From contig JAVLKG010000002.1 of the NCBI GenBank assembly GCA_032128875.1, positions 96,001-160,000 on the forward strand: a stretch of 64,000 nt of DNA. Reading direction: 5' to 3'. How positions within the stretch are numbered: the stretch's first letter is position 1; every line of letters begins with the position of its first letter. Position numbers and translations under genes: made by a program. The notes under the pieces were generated by a model that made no database searches, was not told the origin of the DNA, and saw nothing but the letters and a program-made list of their open reading frames with translations. This document shows, one piece after another, positions 58,718 through 64,000 of this stretch. The stretch comes from Candidatus Melainabacteria bacterium 17Bon1m. GTDB lineage: Bacteria > Cyanobacteriota > Vampirovibrionia > Obscuribacterales > Obscuribacteraceae.

Positions 58718-60148
58718 ATGGAAAAGCTCATCTCAATTTGTTTGCCGGTCTTCAATGGAGAGAAGTTTCTTTCTCTGGCGATTGACAGTGTTTTGGCGCA
58801 AACATACAGCAATTTCGAATTGCTTATTTCTGATGATTGCTCCACTGATGATTCGCTGGCAATTATCAAACGCTATGCTGAGAAAGATAAGCGTATTCGC
58901 TTTTGGAAAAACGAGAAGCGGTTGGGGCTGTTTCACAATTACAATCAGTGCATATCAAACAGCCTTGGCGAGTACATAAAACCGTTCGCTCAAGATGATT
59001 TGTGGCAACCGACGATGCTCTCGGAATGCGTCAAGATTCTCTATGAGAACTCTGACGTTGCGCTAGTCAGCACCAGAAGACGCATCATTGATGGTGAAGG
59101 ACGTGAAGTTCAAGAGTCACCGCTGATGACACCAGCTGATCTATTTCCGGGACGCTTAGTAATTCCAAAAAATGAAGTGGTGGCACGCAGTCTATTTCCT
59201 TTGGAAAACTTTATTGGCGAGCCTTGTACTGTGATGTTCCGCACTGAGCATGCAAGCTATGGGTTTTCTACAGATCTTCGTCAGCTGGGCGATCTAGAAT
59301 ATTGGATTCGCGTTTTGCGTAATGGTGACTATGCTTTTATCAATGAGCCGCTCGCATCTTTCCGCAAGCACAAAGATGGTGCCTCCGCGTCAAATGGTTT
59401 GCAGCTCTGGCATGCCTCAGACATCATTCACATGTCGTATTCTGTGGAAGGCGAAATAGAAGAGACAGGCAAGACACGCTATGAGTTTGTTCAGCACAAC
59501 ATGCGTAATTTTGCCATTCACGTCGATTATCTCGTCGATTCGTTTGGTGCATCAGAGCGCGGTTTGCATGAAAAAGCGATGATGCGCAAGCAAGATTTTG
59601 AAGGTGTGAAGGAAGCCTTGTTTCATTCACTTTTGTTGAACGCGAAATTTACTCGCTATGGCGTTGGTCCTGATGGTGAATATTCGCTCGCGAAAGATCG
59701 CTTTGAAGTCTTGAAAAAGGAATTAGCGATAAAACGTTCAGAAGCTGTTTTGCAGAAGCTGTTGAGCAGCTTCTCCTGGACCTCTACGCGTGTGTTTAGG
59801 GAATTGCGCCGAGCACTGAGTTCATCACCCGAAACGACTGAACCGGTAGCGAAGGAATTCACAGGCAATCAACAGGATCAATATCTTCGTTACTTGCGGA
59901 AAATGCGCAAGGATATTGTGAAAAGTCGGTCTTGGTCAATGACGCGTCCGATGAGACGCGGGTTTAAAGGTCAGCGAAGATTCGCTGTAGGAGCAAAGCG
60001 TCAAGAGTTTGCCATGAAGCTCAGCGCTAATACAAAAGAATCTAGTGGAATCGCTTCCAGTACGTCCGATACCTCCACGATGCCCAAAACGTCCAACGCG
60101 TCCAAGGTCGGGCTCTGGTACGCCAACCTCACGTCGATGTTCTTCTAA
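58718..60148 (+). CDS. Glycosyltransferase family 2
   Basis: ISICLPVFNGE, DDCSTD, QDD, GEP, DLEYW. Confidence 0.92.
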   Translation: MEKLISICLPVFNGEKFLSLAIDSVLAQTYSNFELLISDDCSTDDSLAIIKRYAEKDKRIRFWKNEKRLGLFHNYNQCISNSLGEYIKPFAQDDLWQPTMLSECVKILYENSDVALVSTRRRIIDGEGREVQESPLMTPADLFPGRLVIPKNEVVARSLFPLENFIGEPCTVMFRTEHASYGFSTDLRQLGDLEYWIRVLRNGDYAFINEPLASFRKHKDGASASNGLQLWHASDIIHMSYSVEGEIEETGKTRYEFVQHNMRNFAIHVDYLVDSFGASERGLHEKAMMRKQDFEGVKEALFHSLLLNAKFTRYGVGPDGEYSLAKDRFEVLKKELAIKRSEAVLQKLLSSFSWTSTRVFRELRRALSSSPETTEPVAKEFTGNQQDQYLRYLRKMRKDIVKSRSWSMTRPMRRGFKGQRRFAVGAKRQEFAMKLSANTKESSGIASSTSDTSTMPKTSNASKVGLWYANLTSMFF

Positions 60149-60162
60149 ATGCCGTAGCTCTT

Positions 60163-60567
60163 CTAAGCTGTGTGTCGTTCTTTGAGCTTGGAGAAAATCG
60201 CTTTGCGAATTCGTTTGTCGTCTTCGCCAAGCTTGTCGGTCTCGACGTAGCCTGCGAACTCGTAGCACTTTTCTAGAGACTTCATTGTCACGCGCAAACT
60301 CTGTGCAAAAGCAGATGTCCGTGTGCGCACGAAAATAAAGGGAGCGTCTTTCTGGTTGCTCTCTTCTCTCAAATATTTCAGCAATTCTATAGCTCGTGAG
60401 TCATCGAAATGCACGCCCGCGATTATCAAATCAAATGTTTGCCGACTGAGTGCATTTTTTGCTTCGCTCAAATTTTCCGCAGCAATTACCTGGTGTCCTT
60501 CAAGTAAAGGAAACAATCTATTACTGCCTGCGGAATCATTTGCTAAGAGTATGCGCATCATGTACAT
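60163..60567 (-). CDS. Atypical single-domain response regulator (pseudo-receiver)
   Basis: RILLAND..FDLIIAGVHF: Gly at the phospho-acceptor Asp position. Confidence 0.7.
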   Translation of the reverse strand: MYMMRILLANDSAGSNRLFPLLEGHQVIAAENLSEAKNALSRQTFDLIIAGVHFDDSRAIELLKYLREESNQKDAPFIFVRTRTSAFAQSLRVTMKSLEKCYEFAGYVETDKLGEDDKRIRKAIFSKLKERHTA

Positions 60568-60995
60568 TTTTGGGTTACCGTGCCGATCGTCGCTTGTTTA
60601 AACTTGACGATGTTTTGTTTGAGTTTCTGCTGAATGCATTTTGAAGGATTATTGAATAGGCAGGTGATAACACAGAATTCTTGGCTTCTGTGTCTATGCA
60701 CGATCTTGCGCGCAGGTCTTTCAAGCTCGTGCTCAACACTTGCGTCAATATTCTCAATATACAATGCTTTCCCAAGAATTCTGAAGTTTCACATGATTAG
60801 AAAAGAAATTGCTCTCTATGTCGCCAACCAGTCATATAGGACTTCTCCTTCGTCGAGTTTCTTTTGTCACCTATAGGCGACAATCAAGGCAAACCTTGAG
60901 ACGCTCCTGACGATGACCTGATATCTCAAAAATAGGAACCTGGTCGCGTTCGCCAGGTCAATTCAAGCAAAGAGTGAAAGAGATAGGGGAAGTAT

Positions 60996-61175
60996 ATGAC
61001 GACAAGCAATCTTAATGAAAACAAGCATGAGCGCCTCGCTATGCCGAATTCCAACTTCGGCGTTGGACTTTTGCTACTGGTACTTTTGGTAATTGGGATC
61101 GCCATGATGTCGCCGAAAACTGGTGACAACACTGGATATCCGGATAATCAGCGGATGGTTGGAGGTGCCCAATAG
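60996..61175 (+). CDS. 59-aa single-TM small protein (not in ORF track)
   Basis: AGGGGA RBS; MTTSNL..FGVGLLLLVLLVIGIAMMSPKTG..GGAQ. Confidence 0.6.
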   Translation: MTTSNLNENKHERLAMPNSNFGVGLLLLVLLVIGIAMMSPKTGDNTGYPDNQRMVGGAQ

Positions 61176-61273
61176 GAGACAAGAAACTTGTGAGCAAGTC
61201 TTCACAAGGGTCAGACTAGGTTGGCGCGCAATGCATAAGTAACATGTCGGAATGTATTGTTCCGAGCTTATGG

Positions 61274-61846
61274 TTACTGAGCTGCAGCAGGAGCTTCGCC
61301 GCCGCCCTTCATCATGCCGACGAGTTTTGCTTTTTGTTCGGGTGTCAGCTGTTTGCGAATGGTGAGCAGTAGCTTAATACGGTCAGACGCCATCTCCCCG
61401 GTGACACCGTTGATTTCGTCTTGTTTCGCCAAAACAGCCTTCTCGTCCGGGTCGGTTTCAAGTGAGAGCTGATGCATCTCTTGGATCAAACCCATCATGC
61501 GTTTGGCTTTTACGCGCGCCTGATCTTCAAAGTCTTTCGCTAACTGCCGAATGCGCGTTTCCTGCTCTTGGGAGACGCCAGCCTGTCTGTAGATTGCCAT
61601 TGGATCTGTTGCAGCGCCCTGCCCTGCTTGCGCTTGAGCTAGGCGGCGTTTCTTCGTAAACTCTGCTGCCTGAGCTTCGGTGCTTGCCGCCGCCAAGTTA
61701 CGTTTGGGTTCGGCGCCGCCGACCTTCTGTGCTTCTTTGGATTGAACCGGTTGCTGATCGCCCTGGGCTTGTGCCTGCACCGAATACGATGCCAAAAGCG
61801 CCAGAGAACAAATTGCAGACACTTGCGCAAGAACTTTCAATGACAT
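61274..61846 (-). CDS. Spy/CpxP-family periplasmic protein
   Basis: Signal peptide; VSQEQ and IRKQLTPEQ (LTxxQ) motifs. Confidence 0.85.
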   Translation of the reverse strand: MSLKVLAQVSAICSLALLASYSVQAQAQGDQQPVQSKEAQKVGGAEPKRNLAAASTEAQAAEFTKKRRLAQAQAGQGAATDPMAIYRQAGVSQEQETRIRQLAKDFEDQARVKAKRMMGLIQEMHQLSLETDPDEKAVLAKQDEINGVTGEMASDRIKLLLTIRKQLTPEQKAKLVGMMKGGGEAPAAAQ

Positions 61847-61991
61847 GGGTCAACTTCTCCGGTCGAGATCCAAATTACAAATTTCAAATTACAAACAAGA
61901 CCAATGATACCAATTTGGCGCAAAGTGTTCCCGCGTGATTCAAGTGGGAAGCTAACAGGCAGCGGTAGACAGATGGATGAAAACCGGGACC

Positions 61992-62065
61992 CGCCAAGCG
62001 ATGCAGGCTCATCGCCCGCCAAGCGATGCAGCTCATCGCGCGCCGAGCGATGCAAACTCATCGCC
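61992..62065. repeat. Three tandem 24-25 bp hairpin units
   Basis: cgcc(a/g)aGCGATGca..ctCATCGC three times, no unique spacers. Confidence 0.85.
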
Positions 62066-62153
62066 TGCTAGCCAAATCAGCATTCTGAGTGGATTGGGTT
62101 ATGGAAGGTATATCTCGTCGGCTTCGGTTCGGATGTAGTCGAATCGTCTGGAT

Positions 62154-64000
62154 TTAGTCGATGCCCATGTGGATGAACGGCGCCCAAGCGTGTATCGGGT
62201 GCCCGTTCTCCAGCGCCTGTATTTGCGCTTGCCGAAGTGCCTCGTAGATGGATATTTTCCCGCCTTGCCACGCCGCATGGAAATCCTTCATCAAGGTGGC
62301 GGTCGAGCGGTCTGCGACTTCCCACAAGCTGAGCACTAGGTTGGGCATGCCAGCGTACATCAGCGCTCGTGCGAGACCCAGGATTTCGCCGCCGGCTGTG
62401 ACTTTATTGACGCCGGTCTGGCACGCTGAGAGCACGAGGAGTTTGCCGCATTGTGTTCTGAGTACGTTGCCCTGCAAAATCGCGGCGGCGGTAAGGATGC
62501 TGCCGTCGGCTAGAACCAAGCCGGATGCCAGTGGTTCTTCCGGATTGAAAACTGCGTGTCCGGCAAAGTGAACGACCGGATACTTGCTGAACAGCTCAGG
62601 AAGGGATTCTTGAACTTCCTGGTTTGTCAGCATTTTGGAACGCGTTGAGGTCATCTTGCCGAGATCGAAGATTGTCTGCGCTTCTTCGAGCGTGTAGCTG
62701 AGGTCGTCGAGACCGGCTGCAGAGCGCAATCGTGAGCTGAAGACGACGCCTTCTTTGCGCGTTATAGAGTAGTCGCTGATAGCGGAAACCAAATAAGGGG
62801 CGGATGCATCATCTGCGGATGCGGTTTTTGATGTGGCTGTTTGCGCCTCGGCCTGCGCCTTTGCAAGAACAGGTATCAAACTTGTGGTGGGCAAATAGCT
62901 GGTTGCAAACTTCTGGCAAACGTACCCCTTGCCGTCGTGCAATGCGCTGAATGGCAGATGGAATAAGCTTCCGTGCGGGACCAGCAGAAGGTGGTTGATG
63001 TCTTCAGGGAGTTCTCTGAGGATTGTGCCGAACAGACCATTGTAGAGTCGTTTGCACAAACTGACCGGAACTTCCCAACCTTCAGTCGCCGACATCTCCA
63101 GGAAATTTGCGAGGTCTTCTTCGAGAACCGTCAGCTTCTCCGCATCAGTGATTAGGTTAAGCGCCGGTTGTGCAGCGCCATGCCAGAGCCCTGCCGCCAA
63201 GAGATATTGATCGGTCCAGTAAAATTCGACAATTGCTGTGTTGCGGCTGAGTAAGAAGTCATTTTGCGTACCTGGGAGCGCCGGCGGCTCGCCGGCTTCT
63301 GTGGATTTCGCATCGCCAGCGGTGCGCGTTTCATTCCAAAGTTGACTGATTTCAGCGAATGTCAAAGTCGAAGCGCACACCAGACTCGCGTAGTTCGGAT
63401 GCCGCCTGCGCAGCTGGTTAACGACGTCACGCCACTCGGCATAAATGCGTTGCGAATCCTCGGCTGGTATCGCCGCACCCCGGGTTCCGCTCTCGCCGCC
63501 ACTGCTACTCGAACCTTGCCAGAACAAGCGCTCGAAATGAGCAATTTGATTTCGCAATTCTGATTCGTGGTGGATAAGTTTTTGCAGTGATTCATCGCCG
63601 CTGTCATTGAGCTGCGATACATCAATCGGCGAATTGCTCAGAAGATCAAGCAACGCCCTCGATTTTGCACGACCGACATATTCGAGCGCTTCAACGCGTT
63701 TGCCCATGGAAAGGCAAACTTTGACCATGTCGCGGTACATGTCTTGCCCGCGATTTTGGAAACTTGTTTTGAGGTCATCAGCTTTAATTGCCGAACGCTG
63801 TTCGTCGAAGAGCTCGATCGCAGAACTGAAGAAATCGAAAGCTGGCTGCAGCTGCCCCATTTGCTGATATGTTTTTCCGAGATTGGAAAGATAGATTCGC
63901 TGACCCTGACGGTCCTCAATCTCGCGACTGATGCTGAGTGCTTCTTGGTAGCGTTCTAAAGCAAGATTCAAATTGCCCTGCGCGAAATAGCAATCGCCAA
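62154..64000 (-). CDS. TPR-CHAT (caspase HetF-associated) protease, 5' end beyond window
   Basis: TPRs, RAKSRALLDLL, VPHGSLFHLPFSAL, HFAGHA (His), LSACQTG (Cys), SLWEV, WAPF; frame stays open to 64000. Confidence 0.93.
   Translation of the reverse strand, partial: GDCYFAQGNLNLALERYQEALSISREIEDRQGQRIYLSNLGKTYQQMGQLQPAFDFFSSAIELFDEQRSAIKADDLKTSFQNRGQDMYRDMVKVCLSMGKRVEALEYVGRAKSRALLDLLSNSPIDVSQLNDSGDESLQKLIHHESELRNQIAHFERLFWQGSSSSGGESGTRGAAIPAEDSQRIYAEWRDVVNQLRRRHPNYASLVCASTLTFAEISQLWNETRTAGDAKSTEAGEPPALPGTQNDFLLSRNTAIVEFYWTDQYLLAAGLWHGAAQPALNLITDAEKLTVLEEDLANFLEMSATEGWEVPVSLCKRLYNGLFGTILRELPEDINHLLLVPHGSLFHLPFSALHDGKGYVCQKFATSYLPTTSLIPVLAKAQAEAQTATSKTASADDASAPYLVSAISDYSITRKEGVVFSSRLRSAAGLDDLSYTLEEAQTIFDLGKMTSTRSKMLTNQEVQESLPELFSKYPVVHFAGHAVFNPEEPLASGLVLADGSILTAAAILQGNVLRTQCGKLLVLSACQTGVNKVTAGGEILGLARALMYAGMPNLVLSLWEVADRSTATLMKDFHAAWQGGKISIYEALRQAQIQALENGHPIHAWAPFIHMGID
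63271..63300 (-). repeat. REP-like family A copy inside the CHAT coding sequence
   Basis: Exact reverse complement of 50465-50494; encodes EAGEPPALPG in frame. Confidence 0.85.

Noticed and set aside
61992-62065. CRISPR array
   Set aside because: Units are directly adjacent with no unique spacers, and there are no cas genes

Overview
Bacterial chromosomal window. The gene style (many TPR proteins, a Ser/Thr kinase-TPR, EF-hand and CHAT proteins) suggests a non-photosynthetic Melainabacteria/Obscuribacterales-like host; this is inference only. There are four zones. (1) 1-10.6 kb: an SDR/TetR/hydrolase set, then an unusual cluster at 2.6-6.7 kb containing an ArsR regulator, an orphan PKS-type ACP, an RRM protein, a DUF2934 protein and three apparently paralogous ~90-130 aa unknown proteins. 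Four of its intergenic regions carry phased 8-bp arrays built on TACGNA-N2-TGCGTA. Glutaredoxin, NUDIX and a sigma-70 factor follow. (2) 10.6-25 kb: orphan, TPR and HEAT genes plus a kinase. (3) ~25.1-46 kb: an AT-richer putative anti-phage island abutting the 3' end of tRNA-Pro(TGG). It holds an effector-less STAND-like ATPase-TPR, a Septu-like ATPase+HNH pair, a TM-DUF4041-GIY-YIG nuclease (PD-lambda-1/SNIPE-like), a dead IS3 element, an IS481 remnant, and a co-oriented HEPN / TPR-HEPN / cytoplasmic trypsin / giant helical-repeat protein array, which is the best candidate for an undescribed defence system. (4) 46-64 kb: core-like genes, a glycan O-acylation/sulfation cluster, two small proteins missed by the ORF track, two REP-like repeat families (one copy lies in-frame inside a CHAT protease gene) and a truncated TPR-CHAT gene. 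All family calls come from motifs read by eye; no searches were run.
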